DNA from: a virus | IMG/VR virus record: IMGVR_UViG_3300005529_001094 | Coordinates: 7,303-71,302 of that record | Strand: one strand, 5' to 3' | Length of the DNA: 64,000 bases | Shown here: in pieces, positions 28,813 to 38,229 of the stretch | Layout of the letters: every line of letters begins with the position of its first letter | Position numbering within the stretch: position 1 is the stretch's first letter | Notes under the pieces: generated by a model | The model's database searches: none | The model's input: only the letters and a program-made list of their open reading frames with translations | Told to the model about the DNA's origin: nothing | Made by a program: the position numbers and the translations under genes

Positions 28813-30177
28813 ATGGTGAGGTGGTGGCTTGCCGCGGCTGCGGCGCTGGTATTGACAATGTCCATCGACGCACGTGCGGTGGACCTGCCGCTCGACTGCC
28901 GTCGAGGTCCGATGATCTTCGGCGACGTCGGCTGCGGCAAGCTCGTCTGGCGGCGCGCGAAACGGCAGTGGGAGCTCCGCGGCTGCGACTCGCTCGAGGC
29001 CGTTGCGCGCGAGGGGGCATGCCCCGCGGGCACCACGCCGCGCGTGGTGTGTGAGACGGTCGTCACGCCGACGCCCATTCCGACGCGAACGCCGGTCCCG
29101 ACACCGAGCGCGACGCCGACGTGCGTGCCAGGCAAGGTCCGCAACCCGGACTGCGGCGTGTTCGGCTACCCCGGCTCGTGCGACTGCATGCAGCGGTCGA
29201 GCGGCGTCGACAAGTGGAGCGTCCTGGCTTTCATGGGCCTCGGGAGCTTCCGCAACGTGGGGCACCCGAAACCAACCCCGGTCCCCACGCCGACACCACT
29301 CCCCCGCGGCCCGGCCGCGTTCGCTGGCATCTGGTGGCCGGCACCAGAGCAGGCAGGCCTCATTCCTGCAGCGTTCGGGCACCCCTACAACCCCGACCTC
29401 GTTTACGCCGAGCACGAGTGGCCATACGCGGTTCCCGACCGTGCGAGCAACGACGAGGTGCACACTGCGGTCGAGGGCATGAAAGCGCGCGGCCAGATGC
29501 CGCGATTTTTCGTGGGCGAGCCAGCACCACAGTTCTGGTTCCGCTGGAACCCGGCGGGTGATCCACTCGGCGGCACGCCCGGCGCGGCGGAGCGGGTCGC
29601 GAACCTCCTCGCGTGGGGCGTCGAGCCGGGTAACGCGATCATGGTCGCGCCGTACATTTTCGGCTGCACGCACGAGATGCCGCGCGACGAGCAGGACGCA
29701 ATGCTCGCGCGCCTCGGTCTCACGCGGCCACCGGGCTACGAGTTCCGGCCGATCGGCGCGCCCCTGGTCGCGGCCGATGGCCAGTGCCTGCCCGATTATC
29801 CCGATGCGTTCGAGGTAAAGGTCGCGGCGCGGATCTTCGAGGTCTGGCTCGAAGCTCTCATGCAGAGCCACCCCGAGGTCGGCCTCGTGGTCGTGCAGAT
29901 GTCGAACGGGTCGAACGCCTTCAGCTACGACGGCCACGGCTACGCAATTGCCCGCCGGATTACACGCATCCTTCGCAAGCACGGCTTCCCGCCAGCTCTC
30001 CAGATCGAGGACCGATCCTGCCAGGCGTCGGGTGCGCGCACTTTCTGGGAAGCGCCACCGTCGGCCGACTGCCGAATGCTCCGCGCCGTCAGGGTAGCCG
30101 GCGCGCAGTGGTCGGTGTTCTGGGGATTTAGCTTCGGGCCGAACCCGGGCGACGAGCTCGTCGAGGCGTGCCCATGA
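28813..30177 (+). CDS. Secreted Cys-rich protein with PT linkers
   Basis: Signal peptide VRWWLAAAAALVLTMSIDARA|V; TPTPIPTRTPVPTP linkers. Confidence 0.65.
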   Translation: MVRWWLAAAAALVLTMSIDARAVDLPLDCRRGPMIFGDVGCGKLVWRRAKRQWELRGCDSLEAVAREGACPAGTTPRVVCETVVTPTPIPTRTPVPTPSATPTCVPGKVRNPDCGVFGYPGSCDCMQRSSGVDKWSVLAFMGLGSFRNVGHPKPTPVPTPTPLPRGPAAFAGIWWPAPEQAGLIPAAFGHPYNPDLVYAEHEWPYAVPDRASNDEVHTAVEGMKARGQMPRFFVGEPAPQFWFRWNPAGDPLGGTPGAAERVANLLAWGVEPGNAIMVAPYIFGCTHEMPRDEQDAMLARLGLTRPPGYEFRPIGAPLVAADGQCLPDYPDAFEVKVAARIFEVWLEALMQSHPEVGLVVVQMSNGSNAFSYDGHGYAIARRITRILRKHGFPPALQIEDRSCQASGARTFWEAPPSADCRMLRAVRVAGAQWSVFWGFSFGPNPGDELVEACP

Positions 30178-30689
30178 GCGCCGTAGCCGAGTGCGTGCGC
30201 CCGTGGGTGCCGCTGATTCGCCTCGAGGCACCGCGCTGGAATCTGAAGCCGAACCTCGTGGCGGCCGTCGTAGCCCAAGAGAGCTCGGGCAACCCGTGGG
30301 CGCAGCGCCCGGAGCCGTCATTCTACCAGCGGTACAAGGCCGGCATCCTCGCGCTCGTCAAGCGCACCGCCTTCAAAGCAGACGACTACTGGGCGCGGTA
30401 CCCCGACATCTTCTCGTCGAGCTACGGCCTCATGCAGGTTCTCCTGACGGTCGCGATCGAGCATGGCTTCACGTTCGAGTTCCCCACAGAGCTCTGCGAC
30501 CCGCCCCGCAACCTCGCGATCGGCTGCAAGGTGCTTCGTTCCAAGATCAACGCTGCCAGCGGAAACCTGCGCGACGGACTGCTCCGCTGGAACGGCGGGT
30601 CGAACAAGAGCTACCCGGATGAGGTTCTCGCGAAGCTGGGCGAGATCAACGACTCGGGCGTCTTCGGGGCGGGTGATGCCTTCTCCTGA
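30174..30689 (+). CDS. Lytic transglycosylase (SLT-type) endolysin
   Basis: AVVAQESSGNPWA (catalytic Glu), SYGLMQV, NL..G...L and WNGG motifs. Confidence 0.9.
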   Translation: MSAVAECVRPWVPLIRLEAPRWNLKPNLVAAVVAQESSGNPWAQRPEPSFYQRYKAGILALVKRTAFKADDYWARYPDIFSSSYGLMQVLLTVAIEHGFTFEFPTELCDPPRNLAIGCKVLRSKINAASGNLRDGLLRWNGGSNKSYPDEVLAKLGEINDSGVFGAGDAFS

Positions 30690-30927
30690 ACTCACACCAG
30701 CACCCGCTGGGGTCGACTCGTTCATCGCCGAGTTCTGGCGATGGATATTCGGCATCATAGGCGCGGTGGGCGGCATCTTCTTGACGCGACTTACGGGCCG
30801 ATACTCGCTCATCGTCGAGAAGGTCACGAGGCTCGAGACGCAGATGGAGGGAATCAAGGAGCAGCTCGATCGGCTCGAGAACCGGCTGACCATTCTCCTC
30901 GAGAACAAGGGGGTCGGCCGTGGCTGA
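30676..30927 (+). CDS. Single-TM coiled-coil lysis-region membrane protein
   Basis: FWRWIFGIIGAVGGIFL TM followed by a heptad coiled coil. Confidence 0.55.
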   Translation: MPSPELTPAPAGVDSFIAEFWRWIFGIIGAVGGIFLTRLTGRYSLIVEKVTRLETQMEGIKEQLDRLENRLTILLENKGVGRG

Positions 30928-31276
30928 CGAGCTCCCGAAGATGTCGCATGTCGGTCGCGCCGCCGGTCCGATCATCACCGCGGTGTGTGTTGCGATGGTC
31001 CTGTCCGGCGGCGTCGACCGGGTGCTCCTAATTCGGAACTACGCGACCACGGAGGCTCGGATAGAGCGCGCGCGCAGTGATCTGGTGCACCTGACCAAGC
31101 GCGTTGCCGACATGAAGGAGCGCGTCACGCGGTCTCGGCTAACGCTCAACACCGTACGACGAGATCTCGGAGCGGTCCGCGCACGTCTAGCTCTACTGAT
31201 GCAATGGACGAGGTCGGACCTCGAGAAAGAACTTCAGAAACAGAACATCGAGAAGGGCAAGGGGAAGAGACGATGA
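30920..31276 (+). CDS. TM plus coiled-coil protein (spanin/holin-like)
   Basis: N-terminal hydrophobic segment, long coiled coil, in lysis cassette. Confidence 0.5.
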   Translation: MADELPKMSHVGRAAGPIITAVCVAMVLSGGVDRVLLIRNYATTEARIERARSDLVHLTKRVADMKERVTRSRLTLNTVRRDLGAVRARLALLMQWTRSDLEKELQKQNIEKGKGKRR

Positions 31277-31548
31277 AGACGTGGCTCGAAAAGGTTTGGA
31301 CCGACCAGGCGTACTTCATGGGCGCCGTGCGCGGCGCCATGACGCTGATCGCGCTGCTCGTCTTCCAGGCATGCAGTGACAACATGCTCCACGGCTGGTG
31401 GTGCACGGTAGCAAAGGTCGTCGTCGGCGGCGGTCTCGTGACGTCGGTCATGTTCCCCGCCGGGCAAACCAACCCGCCGAAGAAGAACGGGACGCTCGTT
31501 GCCCTGGACGAAAAGCGCGTCACGCCGAGCGGCCCGAGCATCGGGTGA
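31273..31548 (+). CDS. Holin-like two-TM protein
   Basis: Two hydrophobic segments and a charged C-terminus. Confidence 0.5.
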   Translation: MKTWLEKVWTDQAYFMGAVRGAMTLIALLVFQACSDNMLHGWWCTVAKVVVGGGLVTSVMFPAGQTNPPKKNGTLVALDEKRVTPSGPSIG

Positions 31549-31708
31549 ACTGCCCCGACGACAAAGAGGTCGAGCGCGCCGAGGAGTTTCGGCGCGAGGA
31601 TCACGAAGGACTGCGCGTGCCGATCGTGACCGCGCAGAGCGATGGGAACGGATGGCGCATCGGCGGGCCGGTGGGGGCCCTCGTGCGTCTCCTGGGGTGG
31701 AGGAAGTG

Positions 31709-32023
31709 ATGGAAGCGACGGACGCAATCAAGGTCGCCGCGGCACTCGCGCCGATCGTCTCGCAGTTCGTGAAGGAGGTCGAGCACACCGACGCGTCGAG
31801 CGAGGAGAAGAAGGCCGCCGTCATGGGTCTGACCGAGACCGTATACCGAGGCGCGCAGGCCCTCGGCACGCTCGACGGCGTGAAGGAGCTCCGCGGGGTC
31901 GATTTCTCGACGCTGGCGCCCCTCTTCGCGATCCTCGTCGACGGGGTCGTGGCACTCTTCAAGGCGGTCAGGATCTTCGTCTCCAAGCGCAAGGCGGCGC
32001 CGGCGGCCGCCCCCGCCAAGTGA
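31709..32023 (+). CDS. Hypothetical phage protein (amphipathic helical)
   Basis: GGAGG RBS; VKEVE......EEKKAAV pattern. Confidence 0.6.
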   Translation: MEATDAIKVAAALAPIVSQFVKEVEHTDASSEEKKAAVMGLTETVYRGAQALGTLDGVKELRGVDFSTLAPLFAILVDGVVALFKAVRIFVSKRKAAPAAAPAK

Positions 32024-32463
32024 TCTTCGGGACGCTCTGGAGCGCCGCGAAGGCGACGCTCGAGACATCGCACGCGTTCGCGGCGGCCAAGAAGGCCTAC
32101 GACGACGGCGGGGGACTGCCGGCGATCGTGTCTGCGTGGGCCGCCGAGACGAGCTCGGCTGGCGACGACCTGTACGCGACGAAGGTCGAGGCGGCGCTTC
32201 GCATCGTCGCCGGATGGGTGCGGAGCGCAGCCGTGCTGGGCGTCAAGGCGGCGATCCGGGTTGAGCACTACGTGCCGGCCTGGGTCGACCGCGCGGAGGG
32301 CGGCGTGGCGTGGCTCGAGCGCACGGCGCTTCGCGTCCGCGCCGGCATGAATCGCCTGCGCACCCTGGTGCCGCCAGCGACGGCCGGCGCGCGGCGCGTG
32401 TCCTCGGCCCTGTCCGGGGTGGCCGCCAAGCTCGACCGGTTGCGCGACGGCGAGTCCCGCTAG
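32020..32463 (+). CDS. Hypothetical protein
   Basis: GTGA coupling; typical codon usage. Confidence 0.55.
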   Translation: MIFGTLWSAAKATLETSHAFAAAKKAYDDGGGLPAIVSAWAAETSSAGDDLYATKVEAALRIVAGWVRSAAVLGVKAAIRVEHYVPAWVDRAEGGVAWLERTALRVRAGMNRLRTLVPPATAGARRVSSALSGVAAKLDRLRDGESR

Positions 32464-32512
32464 TCTGACGCGCCGCGGGGGCGGCGGTCTTCTTCGAGGT
32501 GGGGTGGACTGA

Positions 32513-33271
32513 ATGAACATCTCTCCGCTGTACGAGCTTCCGAAGTCTGGGATCCTAATCCCAACGAGCGACTGGCACATCGGGGCAGAGGAGCACGACG
32601 AGCCGCACTTCGATGACATGCTCCGGTTCGCCAAAGAAGAGAGGGCCGGGATGGTCCTCGGTGGCGACCACATCGAGAACGCCGTGGCGGCAGGTAAGGC
32701 CCCGGGCGAAAAGCTCCTCGGACAATCGAAGTGGCCGACGGAGCAGTTCAAGATCTTCATCGACAAGATGCTCCCGTTTGCCAAGCGCGGACAAATCATC
32801 GGAATCATCCGCGGCAATCACGACGCGCGCACCCGCCGCGAGGCCCTCGTCGATCTCTGCGAGATCGCGGCGCACTCACTGGGCGTCCCGTACTTCGGCG
32901 TCGGCGTGATCGCCCGCGTCAAGCACGGCTCCCAAGTCTACACTACCGCGTGGCAACACGGTCGTGCCGGCGCCCGGAACTACTTCATGGAACTCGACAG
33001 AATGATGCACCGCTATCCGACGGCCGAGGTCGTCGGACTCGGCCACATCCACGTGCTCGACGCGCGCCGCGTGGCCCATCTCGAGGTCGACCCCGAGGGC
33101 CGCGAGTCGGTGGGAATGAAGCATCAAGTCCGCACCGGGTGCTTCCTCAAGCTCGCCGAGTACGCACGCGAGGCGCTCTACGCCCCGCCGGTGATTGGCG
33201 CTCCGGTGATCCGGTTCGGTCGCAAGGAGCACGCGATCGACGTCGACACGAAGACGCTCTCATGGATCTGA
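32513..33271 (+). CDS. Calcineurin-like metallophosphoesterase
   Basis: SDWHIG, GGDHIE, RGNHD, HG and GHIH motifs. Confidence 0.88.
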   Translation: MNISPLYELPKSGILIPTSDWHIGAEEHDEPHFDDMLRFAKEERAGMVLGGDHIENAVAAGKAPGEKLLGQSKWPTEQFKIFIDKMLPFAKRGQIIGIIRGNHDARTRREALVDLCEIAAHSLGVPYFGVGVIARVKHGSQVYTTAWQHGRAGARNYFMELDRMMHRYPTAEVVGLGHIHVLDARRVAHLEVDPEGRESVGMKHQVRTGCFLKLAEYAREALYAPPVIGAPVIRFGRKEHAIDVDTKTLSWI

Positions 33272-33528
33272 CGGGGACGGGCGGCGTGCGCCGCAGGCAG
33301 CTGCAGCTTGATCAGGTCGAGGTCATCAAGCGCGGGCGCATCCGGACCACGAGGCGCGACAAGCAGTCGCCGGACGTACGGACGATCACCCGAAGCGTCA
33401 CATTCAGCGTCGAGTGTCTCGACATCATCCACCGATGGGAGCTGGCGCGTAACGCCGGCCGCTCCGAGATCGTGCGTCAGGCGCTCCGGATCGCTGACGC
33501 CGAGTGGTCGAAGCAGCGCGGGGAGTAG
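33262..33528 (+). CDS. Ribbon-helix-helix-like DNA-binding protein (putative)
   Basis: RSVTFS...GRSEIVRQAL pattern. Confidence 0.55.
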   Translation: MDLTGTGGVRRRQLQLDQVEVIKRGRIRTTRRDKQSPDVRTITRSVTFSVECLDIIHRWELARNAGRSEIVRQALRIADAEWSKQRGE

Positions 33529-33532
33529 CGCC

Positions 33533-33847
33533 ATGCCGACGGACGTCTTCCTGAATCGCGAGGGATGGACGGTCGAGCACGTCGACGACCCGGCGACGCG
33601 CGTGTCGGAATACGGCGAGCACAGCGAGTTTCGCAATCACAAAGATGGCGTTGCGATTAAGCCCGAGAACGTCATCCTGATCAACGAGGATCTCCCGGGC
33701 CCCGATCGCCTCGAGATGGAGATTCACGAGATGCTCCACGTGCTCGACTGGGACCGGCCCGAAGACCAGATCCACGCGCGCGCCGAGGAGCTCGCGGCCG
33801 CCCTGTGGCGCCTCGGCTGGCGCCCCCGGAAGCGCGTGCGGCAGTGA
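33533..33847 (+). CDS. Small zincin-like HExxH metallopeptidase
   Basis: VILINEDL...EIHEMLH. Confidence 0.6.
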   Translation: MPTDVFLNREGWTVEHVDDPATRVSEYGEHSEFRNHKDGVAIKPENVILINEDLPGPDRLEMEIHEMLHVLDWDRPEDQIHARAEELAAALWRLGWRPRKRVRQ

Positions 33848-33890
33848 TGTTGACAAAATCAATAGGCTTGCTAGGGCAGTGGAGGTTGGT

Positions 33891-34154
33891 GTGACGGACG
33901 AGCAGGAGCTGGAAGTCCGTCGTCGCGCGACAAGAGCCGAGACGCTCACCTTCCGGATCGCGCGACTGGGGGTGAAGAGGGACGCGGCGTCGCGCGCCGC
34001 GTGGGACGCACACAGGGCCGCGCTCGAGGCACAGCGCGAGGCCGCACGCGCCGAGGAGGAGTTCCGCACCGCGATGCAGGAACTCCGTGACGAGCTCGGG
34101 GACGGAGCGGCGATTGCCAGCGAACGCGCGGCCGCAGCTGGAGGACGAGCATGA
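33891..34154 (+). CDS. Hypothetical coiled-coil protein
   Basis: GGAGG RBS; downstream of TTGACAAAATCAA site. Confidence 0.5.
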   Translation: MTDEQELEVRRRATRAETLTFRIARLGVKRDAASRAAWDAHRAALEAQREAARAEEEFRTAMQELRDELGDGAAIASERAAAAGGRA

Positions 34155-34354
34155 AGAAGCGAATCGACATCAAGGATCTCCGGAAGAAGCTCAAGCTCAC
34201 GCAAGAAGAGCTCGCCCGCGAGCTCGCGGTCACGGTCTCGACCGTGAACCGGTGGGAGAACGGACACTCCGGTCCGAGCAAGCTCGCGCTCCGCTCGATC
34301 GATGCCCTGTGCGACAAGCACAAGGTCGTGCCGACGGAGCTTCCGGCGGCGTAA
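34151..34354 (+). CDS. XRE/Cro-type HTH transcriptional regulator
   Basis: LRKKLKLTQEELARELAVTVSTVNRWENG..P. Confidence 0.93.
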   Translation: MKKRIDIKDLRKKLKLTQEELARELAVTVSTVNRWENGHSGPSKLALRSIDALCDKHKVVPTELPAA

Positions 34355-34367
34355 CGAGGAGGTGGTG

Positions 34368-35669
34368 ATGATGTGGGTGCCACGGACGGCACTTCTGGCG
34401 GCGGTGGCGATCGCGCTCATGGGCGCACGCACGCCGACGAACGACGAGTACGCGCTGCTGGTTCTGGCGAATCAGTCGCGCGCGAACCCCGCAGCGGACG
34501 GCGGCACCGAACCGGTCGTCCCGCCGATGCGATGGAGCGATCAGCTCGCGGCAGCCGCACAGGCTCACACCGACGACATGGTCGCGCACACCTACCCCGG
34601 GCACACGTGCTTTCAGCATAACTCCTGCAACGGACAGCTCTGGTCGACGCGCGTCGGGAGCTTCTATCCTGGCTGGGCCTGGCTCGGCGAGAATATCGGC
34701 TCCGGGCTGAACGACCCGCGCTACATGCACACCGGATGGATGCGATCGCCCGACCACCGAGCGAACCTGCTCTCGGGTGCGTTCAACGACTTCGGCTCCG
34801 CGTTCGGCTCGGCCACGGACAACTTTGGGCCGCTCCCGCTCGCGACAGAGGATTTCGGCAGCAAGGGCCTCCTGTCGCTCGGCTCGAGCGCGTACCCGAC
34901 AATCCCGGCCGGCGCGGCCGTGCTCGGGGCTGGTGCCGGCACGCACGAGCTGATCGTCAACTACTGGCACTACCACGGCGGCCCGCCACAGATGGTCGTC
35001 GCGATCCTCGGCGACGAGTGCGTGCCGATGGCGCTCAATCAGGGCACACCGACGCACGGCACCTATCACGCGTTCCGGACATGGTTCGACTGCACGCCGT
35101 TCGCCTTCCAGGCGGTGCGCTCGGACGGCGTGGTGGTCCGCTGGCCCGCGGTCGGCGGTATCATTGCGGGCGACAGCGACGCGAGCTGCGTGCCCTACAG
35201 CGCGACCCGGCCAACGAAGGACTGCTTAGGGCCCAGCTCCACGCCGGCGCCCGGCGCCACGCCGACCCCGACGCCCGTCCCGATGCTCGGGCACGTGCGC
35301 TTCACCGCCCGCGATCACGACACGACAGGCCGCGACTACGTGCGCCTGGTGGTCGACCTCCCGAGGTTCGACCCGGCGGGCGTGAGCATCGGCCTCTTCG
35401 TCAAGCTCAACGGCACCGACTACTGGAGCGCACAGATGCCGGTCCTCGCGCCCGACCAGAAGCGCCGCGCGTGGCGCACGAGGGGCGCGTCGCTGCGGCC
35501 CACGGGGGCTGGCTATCGCCTGTACGTCACCCAGACCGCGGCCGAGGTCGCCAGGCCGCGCCCCGGCGTGGTCGATCTCACCGTGTCGCTCCCGATGGGT
35601 GATCTCACTGCGCGCGCCGCGGCGATCGTTCACGGACACTCCGTCACCGCCTCGAGGGCCGTGTTGTGA
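34368..35669 (+). CDS. Secreted CAP/SCP-domain protein
   Basis: Signal peptide; N..R, L..AA..H..DM, GENIG and WM.SP.HRANLL motifs; PT linker. Confidence 0.85.
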   Translation: MMWVPRTALLAAVAIALMGARTPTNDEYALLVLANQSRANPAADGGTEPVVPPMRWSDQLAAAAQAHTDDMVAHTYPGHTCFQHNSCNGQLWSTRVGSFYPGWAWLGENIGSGLNDPRYMHTGWMRSPDHRANLLSGAFNDFGSAFGSATDNFGPLPLATEDFGSKGLLSLGSSAYPTIPAGAAVLGAGAGTHELIVNYWHYHGGPPQMVVAILGDECVPMALNQGTPTHGTYHAFRTWFDCTPFAFQAVRSDGVVVRWPAVGGIIAGDSDASCVPYSATRPTKDCLGPSSTPAPGATPTPTPVPMLGHVRFTARDHDTTGRDYVRLVVDLPRFDPAGVSIGLFVKLNGTDYWSAQMPVLAPDQKRRAWRTRGASLRPTGAGYRLYVTQTAAEVARPRPGVVDLTVSLPMGDLTARAAAIVHGHSVTASRAVL

Positions 35670-36175
35670 CCGAAGATGAGGTCGTCCGGCAGTACATGCC
35701 GCTCGTGCGCGGCATGGCGTACCGGCTCAAGAGACACCCGAGCGTGAGCCGCGACGACCTCATCAGCTGGGGGCTCGCGGGGCTGATCGACGCCCACCGC
35801 CGATATGACCCCGCGAAGCTCCCGTTCGTTTCCTATGCCTCCTGGCGCGTCCGGGGTGCCATGATCGACGGGGTGCGCGAGTCGCAGCGCGGCCAGCACG
35901 AGCTCGCCGAGAACGTCGACGTGCTGGATCCCGAGTGGCGCGACCCGGCGGACGAGGCCGCACGCCGCGAGCTCGGAGCGATCGCGCGCCGCGCCCTCGC
36001 GACACTGCCGGCAAAGGAGCGACAGGCGCTCCTGCTGATCTACTTCGGCGACCTTTCCCTGCGTGAGGCCGGCGAGCGCATGGGGCTCAGCGAAGCCCGC
36101 GCGTGCCAGCTGCGGGCGCAGGCGTTCGCGCGGCTACGACCAGTCCTCGCCGACGTCGCCGAGGTCGCGGCCTAG
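35666..36175 (+). CDS. Sigma-70 family factor, FliA/WhiG-like (regions 2 and 4 only)
   Basis: DDLISWG..GLIDA..RYDP, FVSYA.WRVRGAMID; region 4 LP.KERQ...LSLRE.G..MGLSEAR..Q. Confidence 0.88.
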   Translation: MTEDEVVRQYMPLVRGMAYRLKRHPSVSRDDLISWGLAGLIDAHRRYDPAKLPFVSYASWRVRGAMIDGVRESQRGQHELAENVDVLDPEWRDPADEAARRELGAIARRALATLPAKERQALLLIYFGDLSLREAGERMGLSEARACQLRAQAFARLRPVLADVAEVAA

Positions 36176-36252
36176 CCCCTGGCCCGGACCTCGTGCCGAA
36201 TCGGCCGGGGCGGCCTAGCCCCTGGCCCGGACCTCGTGCCGAATCGGCCGGG
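36167..36252. repeat. Exact 43-bp tandem duplication at convergent gene junction
   Basis: GCGGCCTAGCCCCTGGCCCGGACCTCGTGCCGAATCGGCCGGG x2. Confidence 0.95.
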
Positions 36253-36481
36253 CTTTGCCCGCATCATTGAACAGCATGCGAGCGCCGCCGAGTAGGCGCC
36301 CGACGCGCACGTGCTTGCAGTTCCAGGCGTACCCATAGCCGTCAGAGACGGTGTAAAGCGCCGTCTCCGTCTCGACGTAGGCGCGCGACGAGAAAAATCC
36401 CGTCTCCCAGCACTGCTTGACGGGTTGCCAGTCCGTCTCCCACGACGTCAACCCGAACAGCCGGCCGATTAGCCTCCTCAC
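36215..36481 (-). CDS. Hypothetical protein
   Basis: GTG start coupled to the upstream stop; start uncertain. Confidence 0.45.
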   Translation of the reverse strand: MRRLIGRLFGLTSWETDWQPVKQCWETGFFSSRAYVETETALYTVSDGYGYAWNCKHVRVGRLLGGARMLFNDAGKARPIRHEVRARG

Positions 36482-36837
36482 CGGTCCACCGTATTTCGGT
36501 CCTGAACGCAGGTCATCTCCTCGCGCTTGCGGTGGCCCGTGTTCTGATCGAATGTCTGATCGAACGTCATCGCCCCCCGACAGACGAAGAGCAGGTTCGG
36601 AGCTTTGTACTTCATCCACGGCGCGGCGAGCTTGAAGCGACAGCTTCGCGGGTAGCAGTCCGCATTCGCGAAGAGGTTGCGGAGCGCGTTCAGGCGCGCC
36701 GCGCAGCGTTCACAAACGTAGCCCGTCTGGTACTGCCCGGTCGGATCGTAGAGGTAGGGGTTGATCGCACGGTTGGCGAGGGCGGGGGTCGCGAGCGCGA
36801 ACGTCAGGGCCGCCGCGGTTAGCAGTCGTTTCATCAT
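36478..36837 (-). CDS. Secreted Cys-rich small protein
   Basis: MKRLLTAAALTFALATPALA|N signal peptide; 6 Cys. Confidence 0.7.
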   Translation of the reverse strand: MMKRLLTAAALTFALATPALANRAINPYLYDPTGQYQTGYVCERCAARLNALRNLFANADCYPRSCRFKLAAPWMKYKAPNLLFVCRGAMTFDQTFDQNTGHRKREEMTCVQDRNTVDR

Positions 36838-37031
36838 CCCCGACCTCCCGCGATAGCCCGGAGCGGCATCGCGTCCGGCGCATCCGGCAGCGCGGTCTTC
36901 CGCGCCCCGCGTGCGATCGTCACCTGGCTCCGCAGCGACGCGACCTCGCGCTCGAGCTCGGCGACCTCGCGCTCCAGGCGCCCGGCGACGCGGGGAAGCT
37001 TCTCGACGGCGGCTTCGTAGGCGTGGTCCAC
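36834..37031 (-). CDS. Hypothetical coiled-coil protein
   Basis: Coupled ORF with heptad repeat. Confidence 0.5.
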   Translation of the reverse strand: MDHAYEAAVEKLPRVAGRLEREVAELEREVASLRSQVTIARGARKTALPDAPDAMPLRAIAGGRG

Positions 37032-37264
37032 GGCCTACTCTCCCACCCGCACATGATCCGGCAGCTTTGCCTCGAGGCGATCCAATTGCAGGCTGGCAAC
37101 CCTTGCCTGGTCCGTGGTGAGCGCGAGGCTCGTTCGAGCGTTCAGGATCACCGCCATCGTCAGGCGGTCGACAGCGGCAACTAGACTCTCCATATGCATG
37201 GTCCCGGTCTCCTACGCCCCTCTGTTGATTTTGTCAATGCCTTTGTCATAGGAAAACTGAAGAT

Positions 37265-37513
37265 TCACGCCTTCAGCGACTCCAGAAACCGAGTCGCCGC
37301 CGCCACCATCTCGTCCTCGAATCGCTGCGACTCCTCCGCCGTGAGTGGCCGCGGCACCTGAACGTCCATCGAGAAGTTCCACGCCTGGATGCCGCGGACG
37401 ATCGCATCGCGGACGTCGTCCGGAATGACCGGCACCATGGGCTCAAGCGATGGTCGAACGCCGAACTGCGTCTCGGGCACGAAGAGAATCTTTGCCTTGT
37501 CGCGGCTCATCAC
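37265..37513 (-). CDS. Hypothetical protein
   Basis: Coupled to the upstream ORF. Confidence 0.5.
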   Translation of the reverse strand: MMSRDKAKILFVPETQFGVRPSLEPMVPVIPDDVRDAIVRGIQAWNFSMDVQVPRPLTAEESQRFEDEMVAAATRFLESLKA

Positions 37514-37695
37514 AGCACCACCCGCAGCCGAACCCCGACCGCGCGGCCCTCCTCCGGCACAAACCCCTGCGTGCGCAGTAGCTCGATACTCTCGATTCGC
37601 ATGCCGTGTTCTTCCTGAAAGCGCTGTACCCTACCGAGGATCTCGGCTTCGAGTATCTCGCGCGCAACCCGAATCTTAAGAAGTGTCTCATTCAT
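37510..37695 (-). CDS. Small hypothetical protein, paralog of 37724-37933
   Basis: GGAGGCAAAGGC RBS; shared G..IE...L.R...F.PE..R...VRLR. Confidence 0.65.
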   Translation of the reverse strand: MNETLLKIRVAREILEAEILGRVQRFQEEHGMRIESIELLRTQGFVPEEGRAVGVRLRVVL

Positions 37696-37723
37696 CGGCC
37701 TTTGCCTCCTCCGCAGCGCAGGA

Positions 37724-37933
37724 TTACCTGCACCACAGATTCTCCAGTCGCGGCCGCAGCCTCACGTCGAGCACGCGGTCGGCCTCGGGCCCGAAGTCGT
37801 GCGGCCGGTTCAGCTGGACCTGCTCGATTAGCAGGCCCGGAAAGTCGGCCTCGTAGTCGTAGATCAGCTGCTGAATCTTCTTCTCGACCTCGCGGCATGC
37901 CTCCCGCGCGTCCCTGATTGTCTGATCGTTCAT
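37724..37933 (-). CDS. Small hypothetical protein, paralog of 37510-37695
   Basis: GGAGGCAAAGGCATG RBS. Confidence 0.65.
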   Translation of the reverse strand: MNDQTIRDAREACREVEKKIQQLIYDYEADFPGLLIEQVQLNRPHDFGPEADRVLDVRLRPRLENLWCR

Positions 37934-37953
37934 GCCTTTGCCTCCAGAGATTT

Positions 37954-38229
37954 TTAGTCGAGCGCAGCCCGGAATCGCTCGCGCATCTCTTGATAGCCAT
38001 CGTCGCCCGAGTAGAGTAGATCGGGGTCGTCGGCCCCCGATCCCAGCTCGCGCCCGTAGTCGATCGCCTCCTCGTCGTCCGCGATGGGGTAGGCGCCGTA
38101 CATTGACGGACCACCTTCACCGCACGGCGAAACGCGGATGACCACGGTCTCCGCGCTCTCGCGCCGGACCTCGACGTCATAGCCGAAGCTGAGATCCGTT
38201 CCGTTGAATAGCTCAGCGATCACCGACAT
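37954..38229 (-). CDS. Acidic hypothetical protein
   Basis: ATG at 38229 directly after the repeat array. Confidence 0.55.
   Translation of the reverse strand: MSVIAELFNGTDLSFGYDVEVRRESAETVVIRVSPCGEGGPSMYGAYPIADDEEAIDYGRELGSGADDPDLLYSGDDGYQEMRERFRAALD

Noticed and set aside
7546-30177. Diversity-generating retroelement targeting fibre genes
   Set aside because: No reverse transcriptase and no adenine-variable TR/VR pair noticed in the window
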